Assembly (NCBI GenBank): GCA_038317805.1
Contig: JBBQBL010000001.1
Location: 1-47,299, forward strand
Origin: Micropepsales bacterium
Lineage (GTDB): Bacteria > Pseudomonadota > Alphaproteobacteria > Micropepsales > Micropepsaceae
Direction of reading: 5' to 3'
Length of the DNA: 47,299 nt
Shown here: piece after piece, positions 39,468 through 47,299 of the stretch
Numbering within the stretch: position 1 is the first letter of the stretch
Layout: each line of letters begins with the position of its first letter
The notes under the pieces: generated by a model
The model's input: only the letters and a program-made list of their open reading frames with translations
What the model was told of the DNA's origin: nothing
Databases searched by the model: none
Position numbers and translations under genes: made by a program

Positions 39468-40013
39468 ATGAACAGGATTTATCTCGTGGCTGCTGGCCTG
39501 ATGCTTTCCACACTGCCTGCTATCGCCGGTGTGCGCGAGGACATAGTCGCGGCGATACAACGTTGTTCGGTTATCCAGGATGACAAGGTCTGGCTCGACT
39601 GCGCCTATGGCGCGCAGCAACCCATGCGCACCAAGCTGGGCCTAATGCCTGCGCCGGAGTTTCAGCAACGCCTTGTTCCGCCGGCCTATCCGACATCCGT
39701 AGCGGCCGCTCCACCGCCGATGCGCGAGGCAGCGCACCTGCCGCGGCGCAAGGATGGGCTGATGTCGATGTTCGGTGACAGTGGCGCGCTAGTGATTTCC
39801 GCCCTGGTCGGCGTCCGCTACGATGGCAAGGGCGCATTTATCGTCACCTTGGAGAATGGCCAAGTCTGGCACCAAGTGAATATGGTGGAGGGAGCCCCAA
39901 AGGTACGGCTTACCCTGGGGGCCAAAGTCCGGATTCTGCGCGGCGCCGTGTGGTCCTATGACCTGAAGGCGGACAACAATCCGCATGCCTACAAGGTAAA
40001 CCGCGAAGCCTGA
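39468..40013 (+). CDS. exported hypothetical protein
   Basis: Own signal peptide MNRIYLVAAGLMLSTLPAIA; Cys pair C..I.DD..WLDC; C-terminal F.VTLENGQVW.Q domain. Confidence 0.75.
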   Translation: MNRIYLVAAGLMLSTLPAIAGVREDIVAAIQRCSVIQDDKVWLDCAYGAQQPMRTKLGLMPAPEFQQRLVPPAYPTSVAAAPPPMREAAHLPRRKDGLMSMFGDSGALVISALVGVRYDGKGAFIVTLENGQVWHQVNMVEGAPKVRLTLGAKVRILRGAVWSYDLKADNNPHAYKVNREA

Positions 40014-40039
40014 CCTAGGCCAGGGTTCCACGTTAACAA

Positions 40040-40056
40040 CCATCAAGGAGTGAGAG
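40040..40056. promoter_or_regulatory. candidate operator 4 (CCATCAA-GGA-GTGAGAG), upstream of TTGACA at 40095-40100
   Basis: Perfect right half-site, 11/14 overall; about 101 bp upstream of the proposed GTG start. Confidence 0.35.
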
Positions 40057-40157
40057 ACGCGGCGCCTCCCGGCAGGCGCGATGCGGCCTCGTGCTTGACA
40101 CGAATATGGGGAAACGAGAGTGTTGCCCAAAATAACGGCGCACGCGAAAGGCAAGCC

Positions 40158-42659
40158 GTGCCACAGGACAAGGTGACAACGGGACGGGTCCGGCATTTAC
40201 TTGCGGTGCTCATGGCGACCGCGGGTCTGGTGCTGGCATGCCGATCCGGTACCGCGCAGCCCGTGAACGCGTGGGTTGCTGCACCCGCGAACGTCTCTGC
40301 AACTGTCAGGGCCGCGCCCGATTTCACCCCCGGTCCGGAGGTGTTTGCCAAGCTGGCGACGCCGGCAGGCCGAACGGAGTTTGTCCAGACCTTCTGTGTC
40401 GGTTGCCACGGCATCAAGACGAAAACGGCGGGCCTGGTGTTGGAAGGCTTGCCGGCGGACAAGCTGCCAGACCATGCGGATATCTGGGAGAAAGTCATCA
40501 AGCGCCTCTCCGCCGGCGAGATGCCGCCCGCCAGCATCAAGAAGCGCCCAGATCCGCAGGTGGTGCATGCCATGGTCGCATCGCTGGTCACCGGACTGGA
40601 CCGCGCCGCGCGCAAGAACCCGGTGGTCGCCCGCACCGTCGTTCGCCGCCTCAACCGCACGGAATATGGCAACGCCGTTCACGATCTACTGAACCTCGAT
40701 TTTATGTTTGTTGACGACCTGCCGAGTGACGCGGTGGCCCACGGCTTCGACAATATCGCCGACTCGCTTTCTATGTCGCCGCTGCTGCTGGAGAGCTATT
40801 TAAAAGTAGCACGCCGCGTCGCGGACACGGCGGTGGGGGAGGGCGATGCCAGCCCCGTCACCGACCGTTATCTCGCCACCCGGAGTCAGGCCGTGTGGCA
40901 GGGCGAAGGCATGCCGTTTGGCACGCGCGGCGGCATACAGGTGAAGAAGTATTTTCCGCGGGACGGTGAATATGATCTTCGCGCCTTCCTCAACGATGCG
41001 GACCTGACGCCGGTCGAGGGCGTGCGCTTCTTCCACATCCGCGTGCGGGTGAAGGCGGGCCTGCATACCATCATCGTCACCTTCCCCGATAGCCGCGCCA
41101 GGAGCGAAGGCCCAATCCCGAACCTGCCGGGCGCCGGGGGGGCGCCGCTGGGTGGCCCCATCGACGTGAAAGGCTCCGCCATCCGGCCAAGCTTGATGAT
41201 GCTGCTCGACGGCCGCAAGCTGAAGGTATTCGAGATCGGCGGTCCCGAGGCCGGCGAAGCGGTCAGCGCCGGCAGCGGCCCGCCGACCCTGGCGCGGGCC
41301 GAAATCACCGGACCCTACAATCCCGGTCCGGCCACAGACAACGCCAGCCGCCGCCGCATCCTGGTCTGCACGCCGCGCAATGCAGCGGCGGAAACGCCGT
41401 GCGCCGAGCGGATACTGTCAATCCTGCTGCGCCGCGCCTGGCGACGCGACGTAACCCCCGCCGATGTGAAGCCCTTCCTGGCTGCCTATGCCAAGGCGCG
41501 GCCCCGGCGCAATTTTGCCGGAGCAGTGTCGGTCGGTCTGCGCGACATGCTGGTTTCGCCCGGTTTCCTGTTCCGCCTGGAATTCGATCCCAAGACTGTC
41601 AAGCCGGGCCAAGTCTATCGGGTGGGTGATTTCGATTTGGCATCGCGTTTGTCATTCTTCCTGTGGAGTTCGATCCCAGACGACCAATTGTTGGAGGTCG
41701 CGGCCAGGGGGCAGCTCCATGATCCGGCGATACTGGCCCGTCAAACCCGACGTATGCTGGCCGATGAAAAGGCGGCCGCGTTGGTCGACAATTTCGGCGC
41801 GGAATGGCTCACCCTGAAGGGCGGGGAGCATGAACTGGCGGCCTTCAAGCCCGACGCTGCGGCGTATCCGGAATTCGATACCGCGCTGCGCGACAGTTTC
41901 GAGACCGAAGCCCATCTCTTCCTACGTTCGATCTGGCGGGAAAACCGCAGCATCATGGACGTGGTCAATGCGAACTATACCTTCGTGAACGAAAAGCTTG
42001 CCGCCAATTACGATATTCCCGGCATCACCGGCGTGGGCTTCCGGCGCGTTACGCTGCCGGCGGATTCCCCGCGCGGCGGCATCCTGGGCATGGGCGCGGT
42101 CTTGATGCCCAATTCCCATACTACCGGCACCTCGCCGATCTATCGCGGCAAGTGGATTTTGACCAACCTGCTCAATTCCCCGCCCAATCCGCCGCCGGCG
42201 GGGGTGCCCCCGCTGAGCGCCGCGCCGGTCAATGGCAAGGTGCTCACCACGCGCGAGATGATCGAACGCCACCGCGCCAATCCCTTCTGCGCCACCTGCC
42301 ATGCCCGCATGGATCCCTACGGCTTCAGCCTAGAGAATTTCGACGTGATGGGCCGCTGGCGCACCAAGGACCAGGGCGGTCCCATCGACGCGACCGGCAC
42401 TTTGGCGAACGGACAGAAATTCATCGGGCTCAAGGGACTCAAGCAGTTGCTGAACGACAACCCGGAGATTTTTGTCAGCGCCACGATCTCGCGTATGATG
42501 ACCTATGCGTTGGGCCGCCCCGTGGATCCGCGCGAAATGCCGGCGGTGCGCGCCATCGCGCGCAAGGCGGCGCCAGGCTACAGGTTCGACGACATTGTGC
42601 TGGGGATTGTGAACTCCTTTCCGTTCACCATGAAGACAGCAACGGGGAGCCAGTCATGA
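40158..42659 (+). CDS. exported di-haem c DUF1592-architecture protein, copy 2
   Basis: Same motif order as copy 1 (CVGCH, GEMPP, RLSFFLWSS, CATCH); GTG start at 40158 inferred from AAAGG and the upstream TTGACA. Confidence 0.9.
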   Translation: MPQDKVTTGRVRHLLAVLMATAGLVLACRSGTAQPVNAWVAAPANVSATVRAAPDFTPGPEVFAKLATPAGRTEFVQTFCVGCHGIKTKTAGLVLEGLPADKLPDHADIWEKVIKRLSAGEMPPASIKKRPDPQVVHAMVASLVTGLDRAARKNPVVARTVVRRLNRTEYGNAVHDLLNLDFMFVDDLPSDAVAHGFDNIADSLSMSPLLLESYLKVARRVADTAVGEGDASPVTDRYLATRSQAVWQGEGMPFGTRGGIQVKKYFPRDGEYDLRAFLNDADLTPVEGVRFFHIRVRVKAGLHTIIVTFPDSRARSEGPIPNLPGAGGAPLGGPIDVKGSAIRPSLMMLLDGRKLKVFEIGGPEAGEAVSAGSGPPTLARAEITGPYNPGPATDNASRRRILVCTPRNAAAETPCAERILSILLRRAWRRDVTPADVKPFLAAYAKARPRRNFAGAVSVGLRDMLVSPGFLFRLEFDPKTVKPGQVYRVGDFDLASRLSFFLWSSIPDDQLLEVAARGQLHDPAILARQTRRMLADEKAAALVDNFGAEWLTLKGGEHELAAFKPDAAAYPEFDTALRDSFETEAHLFLRSIWRENRSIMDVVNANYTFVNEKLAANYDIPGITGVGFRRVTLPADSPRGGILGMGAVLMPNSHTTGTSPIYRGKWILTNLLNSPPNPPPAGVPPLSAAPVNGKVLTTREMIERHRANPFCATCHARMDPYGFSLENFDVMGRWRTKDQGGPIDATGTLANGQKFIGLKGLKQLLNDNPEIFVSATISRMMTYALGRPVDPREMPAVRAIARKAAPGYRFDDIVLGIVNSFPFTMKTATGSQS

Positions 42660-43963
42660 TGTATGTGGCCAAGAGGCATGTTTCGCGCCGCGCCTTGTTG
42701 CGTGGCGTGGGTGCCACCGCGATCGCTCTGCCATTCCTGGATGCCATGCATCCAGCCCTGTCCGCCGAGCGCCTGACGGCGGCGGCGCCGGTCAAGCGCT
42801 TCGGCATTGTCTATTATTTCGGCGGCGCCACCGACCGCTGGCTGCCGTCGGGTGAGGGCGACAGTTTTACGCTGAGCCCGGGCCTCGCCCCGCTGGAACG
42901 GCACAAGAAGAAGTTGCTTGTCATCAGCGGCCTGTCGGCCGATCCGGACCGCTCCAAGCCCGACTTCCACGACCGCGCCATGTCGTCCTGGCTGACCGGC
43001 ATGGAGATGCATCGCGATCGCGTCGAGGTCGGCACCTCGGTTGACCAGTACGCCGCGGCCCATCTAGGCAAGCAAACCCAGTTCGCCTCGCTGGAAACTG
43101 GCACTGAGGAAGCGCAGGACGGCCGTTACCCCAACTTCAAAGACCCGTTTACCCCGTTGCCGATCGAAACCAATCCCCGGCGCATCTTTGAGCGGCTGTT
43201 CGGCGATAGCGCCAAGATAGACCCGGCGGCGATGTCGGAGCGCAACGCGCTGGATCAATCGACGCTCGACAGCGTGGTTGCCCAAATCACGGCGCTGAAG
43301 TCGCGCCTGGGCGCAGGCGATCGCCAGAAACTGGAACAGTATCTAGACTCGATCCGCGACGTGGAGCGGCGGATCCAGATTGCGTCCACCACCAAGACCG
43401 CCGACCTTCCCAAGGCCGACCGACCAGTGGGCGTGCCGGATGCTTGGCCCGACTATGTGAAAATGCTGTTCGACCTGCAGGTGCTGGCCTACCAGGCCGA
43501 CCTGACGCGGGTGTCCACTATCATGACCTCGCGCGAAGCCAGCCTGATGACCTTTCCTCATCTGGGCATTTCCATGCAGCATCACGAGGCGTCGCATCAC
43601 AATTACGAGAAGGACAAGCTCGACATCCTGCACCGGGTCAATGTCAACCAGTCCGAACTGTTCGCCTATTACCTCGACAAGATGGACGCCCTCAAGGAGG
43701 CCAATGGCAGCATTCTCGACAATTCGATCATGTTCTTCGGCTCGACCCTGTCCAACCCCACGGTGCACAGCCAGCGCGACCTGCCGGTGATGCTAGCCGG
43801 CGGCGCCTCCGGCAATCTGCAAACCGGGCGGCTGGTGAAGTATCCCGGCGACCTGACGCCCCTGTCGAACCTGCATCTCACCATCCTGGACAAGCTCGGC
43901 GTTCCCACCAACAACATCGGCGACTCCACTGGCCCGCTCAAGCTCGACCGCGTTTCTCTGTGA
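42656..43963 (+). CDS. DUF1552 (HXXSHH) protein with twin-arginine signal, copy 2
   Basis: ATGA overlap with upstream gene; SRRALLRG, HHEASHH, DLTRV. Confidence 0.9.
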   Translation: MMYVAKRHVSRRALLRGVGATAIALPFLDAMHPALSAERLTAAAPVKRFGIVYYFGGATDRWLPSGEGDSFTLSPGLAPLERHKKKLLVISGLSADPDRSKPDFHDRAMSSWLTGMEMHRDRVEVGTSVDQYAAAHLGKQTQFASLETGTEEAQDGRYPNFKDPFTPLPIETNPRRIFERLFGDSAKIDPAAMSERNALDQSTLDSVVAQITALKSRLGAGDRQKLEQYLDSIRDVERRIQIASTTKTADLPKADRPVGVPDAWPDYVKMLFDLQVLAYQADLTRVSTIMTSREASLMTFPHLGISMQHHEASHHNYEKDKLDILHRVNVNQSELFAYYLDKMDALKEANGSILDNSIMFFGSTLSNPTVHSQRDLPVMLAGGASGNLQTGRLVKYPGDLTPLSNLHLTILDKLGVPTNNIGDSTGPLKLDRVSL

Positions 43964-43997
43964 TGGCGTTTCAGCAATCCATTGAAGGGACAAGGCC

Positions 43998-45704
43998 ATG
44001 AAAGCGTTTCGCACCCATCTCCTTGTCGCCGCTGCCCTTGTGCTGGGCCTCCCCGCCCTGGCGAATCCGGCCGGAGATCGCCTAATCGCCGCAGCCCAGG
44101 ACGGCCTGTTGTCCCAGCTCGATGCCGCGCTGGCCGTGCATGCCGATATAAACGCCGTGGATGGCACGGGCGCGACCGCGCTAGCCTGGGCGGTAATGCG
44201 TGGAAATGATGCGGTGGCCGCCCGGCTTCTCAAGGCGCATGCCAATCCCAACCTGGTCGATGCTGATGGCGTCGGCCCCTTGATGCTGGCGGTTGACGGC
44301 AATTCCCCCGGCCTGGTCAAGCTGCTGCTGGCAAACGGCGCCAATCCCAATGCGGCGCGCGACAATGGCGAGCCCCCCCTGATGCATGCGGTACATCTTG
44401 GCTCGCGGGAGATGGTGGACATGCTGCTGGCGGCCAAGGCCGACACCAATGCCCGCGAAAGCCAGTTTGGCCAGACCGCACTGATGTGGGCGGCAGGCAA
44501 GCCTGAATTGACAAAGGCCCTGCTGGAGCACGGCGCTGATTTCCGCGCCGCGACTAAAAGCTGGGAAACCAGCAGCGTGAATTACATCACAACCACCTCC
44601 ACCCTGGGCGCCACCGGGATTCCTTGGAACAATGAAGGCTATTATTCGGGCAAAGCCGGCGGCGTTACGCCCCTGATATTCGCTGTCCAGGCCGGCGACA
44701 TGGAGTCGGTGACGGCTATGATCGAGGCCGGGGCGGATGTGAACCAAGCGTCTGCCGATGGCACCACCCCGCTCCTGGCCTCGCTCTATAACTGGAGCCA
44801 GGGTAAAAGCAAAAGCGGTTCGGGCAGGAACCAGGGGCTGGCGATTACCTATGCGCCCAGCCCGGCAATCGCCAACCTGTTGCTGGACCATGGCGCCGCC
44901 GTGAATGTCGCTGATCGTGCTGGCTACACGCCGCTGCATGGCGCCGTGTTGGTGCTGGTGTCTGGCGGCGCGGGCCGGCTGCCGCAGATCGGTTTCCAGC
45001 CCGGCAAGCTTTCCACACCCCATACCCCGGCGCCCAGCGTTCCCAAGAATGAAGCAGAAGGTTTGAAACTGGTCGCCCGACTGCTGGAGTTGAAGGCCGA
45101 CCCCAACAAGCCGACCCAGAACACGACCCCCGGACCGATCGGGTCGCTACGTACCAATCCAGGCTCGGCGGGTTCGACGCCGTTCCATCTGGCGGGCTTT
45201 TCCCATAGCGCCAGGTTGATCGAGCTGATGGCCGCGCATGGCGCTAATCCCAACATGCTGCGCAAGGATGGACACACGCCCTTCTCGCTGGCGGTGATGT
45301 CAAACGACCTAGCGGTAACGCAGTCGTTGGTCGCGCACGGCGCGGATCTGGCCATGCGCTATAGCCCACTCGACAAGGTTGCCGGTACCGATGAACGCAA
45401 AGCCGATGCCTATCCGCGCGGCAATGAAACCATCCTGCATATCGCCGCCGTTCCCGGCGCCAATTATGTGGTCGAATATCTGGCGGGCAAGGGTGTGCCG
45501 TTGGACGCCAGGAACGACCATGGCCAGACACCGCTGGAACTGGCCGACGAGCAGGAAATTTTCCGCTTCAAACACGACAAGGAAGGGCCACATGGCTTCG
45601 GCCTGGAGGGCGAGAATGCCGGCAAGGTCATCGTGCGCGAAACCCAGACGACCGATGCCTTCAAGAGGGCAATGGGCCTGAAGACCCACGTCGCCAGCAA
45701 CTGA
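43998..45704 (+). CDS. exported ankyrin-repeat protein, copy 2
   Basis: Signal peptide; ankyrin repeats collinear with copy 1; same C-terminus TTDAFK.A.G.K..VASN. Confidence 0.92.
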   Translation: MKAFRTHLLVAAALVLGLPALANPAGDRLIAAAQDGLLSQLDAALAVHADINAVDGTGATALAWAVMRGNDAVAARLLKAHANPNLVDADGVGPLMLAVDGNSPGLVKLLLANGANPNAARDNGEPPLMHAVHLGSREMVDMLLAAKADTNARESQFGQTALMWAAGKPELTKALLEHGADFRAATKSWETSSVNYITTTSTLGATGIPWNNEGYYSGKAGGVTPLIFAVQAGDMESVTAMIEAGADVNQASADGTTPLLASLYNWSQGKSKSGSGRNQGLAITYAPSPAIANLLLDHGAAVNVADRAGYTPLHGAVLVLVSGGAGRLPQIGFQPGKLSTPHTPAPSVPKNEAEGLKLVARLLELKADPNKPTQNTTPGPIGSLRTNPGSAGSTPFHLAGFSHSARLIELMAAHGANPNMLRKDGHTPFSLAVMSNDLAVTQSLVAHGADLAMRYSPLDKVAGTDERKADAYPRGNETILHIAAVPGANYVVEYLAGKGVPLDARNDHGQTPLELADEQEIFRFKHDKEGPHGFGLEGENAGKVIVRETQTTDAFKRAMGLKTHVASN

Positions 45705-45780
45705 CAGGCGCGCAGGGGATCGACAGGAAAGTGGGCAGCCATTCCGGCATCGATGCCGGATTGCCGATCGGAGGGCGATA

Positions 45781-46689
45781 ATGACGTATCGTTGGAGCGG
45801 ATTTGCATTTTTGGTGGTGGTTCTCGCGGCGCGGGCCGGGTTGGCACAGCCGGCTCCTACCCTGTCTGCCGCGCCGCGCCCGCCAGCGCCGCTGTCCGTA
45901 AAGCAGATCCGCGACAATGTTTACTGGGCGCCGGGCGGCGTGGGCGGAAATTCCGGCATTGTCGTGGGGGACAGCGGAATTGTCGTTATTGACGCCAAGC
46001 AGACCGCCGACACCGCGAGGGAGATGATTCAAAAAATCGGGCAGGTCTCGCCCAAGCCAATCACCGACGTCATCCTGACCGGATATGGCGGGGAAGGCAT
46101 TCCCGGGCTGGCGGCGTTTCGCGCGGGCATCCCTATCCATGCCCATGCCGATACGGTGACCGGGTTGAAGGCGCTCACGGCAAGGGCGGCCAAGAACCGG
46201 GCGCCGGGCGACAAGATGCCGACCGACATCATCTTCGGCGACCGCAAGCTGCTGAAGCTTGACGGCCTCCGCATAGTTTTCCTCCACATCGCGCCGTCCC
46301 ATACCGCAGGAGAATCCGCGGTCTATCTTCCCGACCAGCGCGTGGTTTTCACCGGCTTCATCACCCAGGCCAGGCCGGAATTCCCCGTCATTCACCCCGA
46401 TGGCGGGGGCTCCGCGGAAGGCTGGATGACCTTCATGAAGACGCTGATCAATCTTGATGCGGACACCTATGTGATAGGCGTCGGCGATATCTGGACCAAG
46501 GGTGACATGGAGCAGAGGCTGCAGGCCCAGAAGGCTGTGTATGCAAGGATCAAGGACATGGTCGCGGCGGGAAAAACCCGCGATGAAATCCGCGCCGCAT
46601 TGGGCACCAATACAGGGCGTGGACCGATGACCTACATGTTCTCCGAAGTCGCCTATGACGAAATCGTCAAAACGCCAGCGAAGCAGTGA
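45781..46689 (+). CDS. exported metallo-beta-lactamase-fold protein with degenerate metal site
   Basis: GGNSGIVVG..G.VVIDAK, P...VILT, HTAGE..VYLP...VVFTG; HxHxDH replaced by GYGGEG. Confidence 0.85.
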   Translation: MTYRWSGFAFLVVVLAARAGLAQPAPTLSAAPRPPAPLSVKQIRDNVYWAPGGVGGNSGIVVGDSGIVVIDAKQTADTAREMIQKIGQVSPKPITDVILTGYGGEGIPGLAAFRAGIPIHAHADTVTGLKALTARAAKNRAPGDKMPTDIIFGDRKLLKLDGLRIVFLHIAPSHTAGESAVYLPDQRVVFTGFITQARPEFPVIHPDGGGSAEGWMTFMKTLINLDADTYVIGVGDIWTKGDMEQRLQAQKAVYARIKDMVAAGKTRDEIRAALGTNTGRGPMTYMFSEVAYDEIVKTPAKQ

Positions 46690-46961
46690 TGCCGCATAAA
46701 AATTTTCGGCCGAGCAGATGTGAATGCGATTGTGATTTTCTCGCTTTGGTCTGTCATCGATGAACTTTATTCCGAACCCCGCGTATGCGATGACCTTTGG
46801 TTTGGGCGTTAAAATCACTCTGATAGTTCGCCAAGTAACGTACTGGATACCCTTGCTGTGGCGATTTGACACGCTTCCGTTTGTCAGCAACGTCATGTGC
46901 CTGTACCGGTGCAAGGTGTGACAGAAGCTGTGAAAGCTTTTTGTTTCTGGTCCGGAAGCGC

Positions 46962-47159
46962 ATACCGTTTCAGTTTCATGGCCTTGAAGCCGACAAAAAC
47001 CTCTTGCCGTCGCTAGATCGGATCGACAGTGCGGGACACTACGAAACGGGAAATCTCCAAGTAGTCTGCCAGTTCATCAATTTCTGGAAAAGCGATAGCG
47101 ACAACGCCGATTTCCAGTGACTTTTGATGCTGGTAAGGGGCGAGGAGGCAACGGAATGA
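46962..47159 (+). pseudogene. C-terminal remnant of an HNH-like nuclease-domain protein
   Basis: PSLDRIDSAGHYETGNLQVVCQFINFWKS; in-frame TGA at 47118-47120 followed by LLMLVRGEEATE and a second stop; no credible 5' part. Confidence 0.6.
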
Positions 47160-47162
47160 CTA

Positions 47163-47299
47163 GGGCGTGTCGTCATTTAGTGGATTCGCAAATCAGCAAA
47201 ATTGTGATTCATAGGTGGCCTTCCTGAAGGAGGCTTCGATGGAACGCCATGCATTGCGGGACGATCAATTCGCCCGGATCGAGAATTTTCTGCCGGGCC
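47163..47299 (+). mobile_element. left end of an IS5-family insertion sequence (IS427-like)
   Basis: CTAG/TA target context then GGGCGTGTCGTCATT terminal repeat-like sequence; transposase start 76 bp inside. Confidence 0.75.
47239..47299 (+). CDS. IS5-family transposase N-terminus (partial)
   Basis: AAGGAGG RBS then MERHALRDDQFARIENFLPG, matching the R..L.D.QW.RI...LPG start of IS5/DUF4096-type transposases. Confidence 0.8.
   Translation, partial: MERHALRDDQFARIENFLPG

Larger units (their letters stand above)
25587..47299. mobile_element. putative genomic island continuing beyond the right edge
   Basis: att-like site on the left, no housekeeping genes, gene remnants (MFS, HNH-like), IS5 end; no integrase inside the window. 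Confidence 0.6.

Noticed and set aside
39087-40013. Single 308-aa MFS-fusion protein
   Set aside because: MFS similarity stops after one helix and an internal ATG (39468) begins a clean signal peptide.
42152-42655. N-terminal extension of DUF1552 copy 2 (603-aa ORF)
   Set aside because: Overlaps the cytochrome gene in another frame; paralogue alignment and ATGA coupling place the start at 42656.
1-47299. CRISPR array, rRNA, integrase or intact defence system
   Set aside because: No regularly spaced short repeats, rRNA-like sequence or recombinase/cas motifs seen.

Overview
GC-rich alphaproteobacterial window (gene set and order suggest a Rhizomicrobium/Caulobacter-like organism; this is inference). 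1-16.1 kb is mostly core chromosome: secreted YVTN and NHL beta-propellers, an orphan MsrQ-like gene, scoAB, hisS-hisZ-hisG, M48 peptidase, TPR protein, queG, fzlA-like GST, mtgA, uppP, NDUFA9-like SDR and a 2OG-Fe(II) oxygenase. hisS carries an in-frame 159-bp tandem duplication. Two relics of a tRNA-Leu 3' end (degenerate at 16159-16183, near-perfect at 25565-25586) suggest islands accreted in tandem at a tRNA-Leu site. The first block (16.3-25.4 kb) is a PepSY/two-component/CzcBA-DUF3240-TolC efflux cluster plus a TSUP transporter. The second (25.6 kb to the end) is the most interesting part: two paralogous, order-permuted modules, each with an exported di-haem c DUF1592-type protein, a Tat-exported HXXSHH (DUF1552) protein and an exported ankyrin-repeat protein. 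They flank a TonB-dependent receptor and sit with a secreted carboxylesterase, an IclR regulator, a 2OG oxygenase and a metallo-beta-lactamase-fold protein lacking most of its metal ligands. A shared 17-bp palindrome (CTYTCAC-N3-GTGARAG) lies upstream of the esterase, both modules and the receptor, suggesting one regulon. The window ends in an HNH-like remnant and the left end of an IS5-family element. Family assignments come from motif recognition by eye; no database searches were run.
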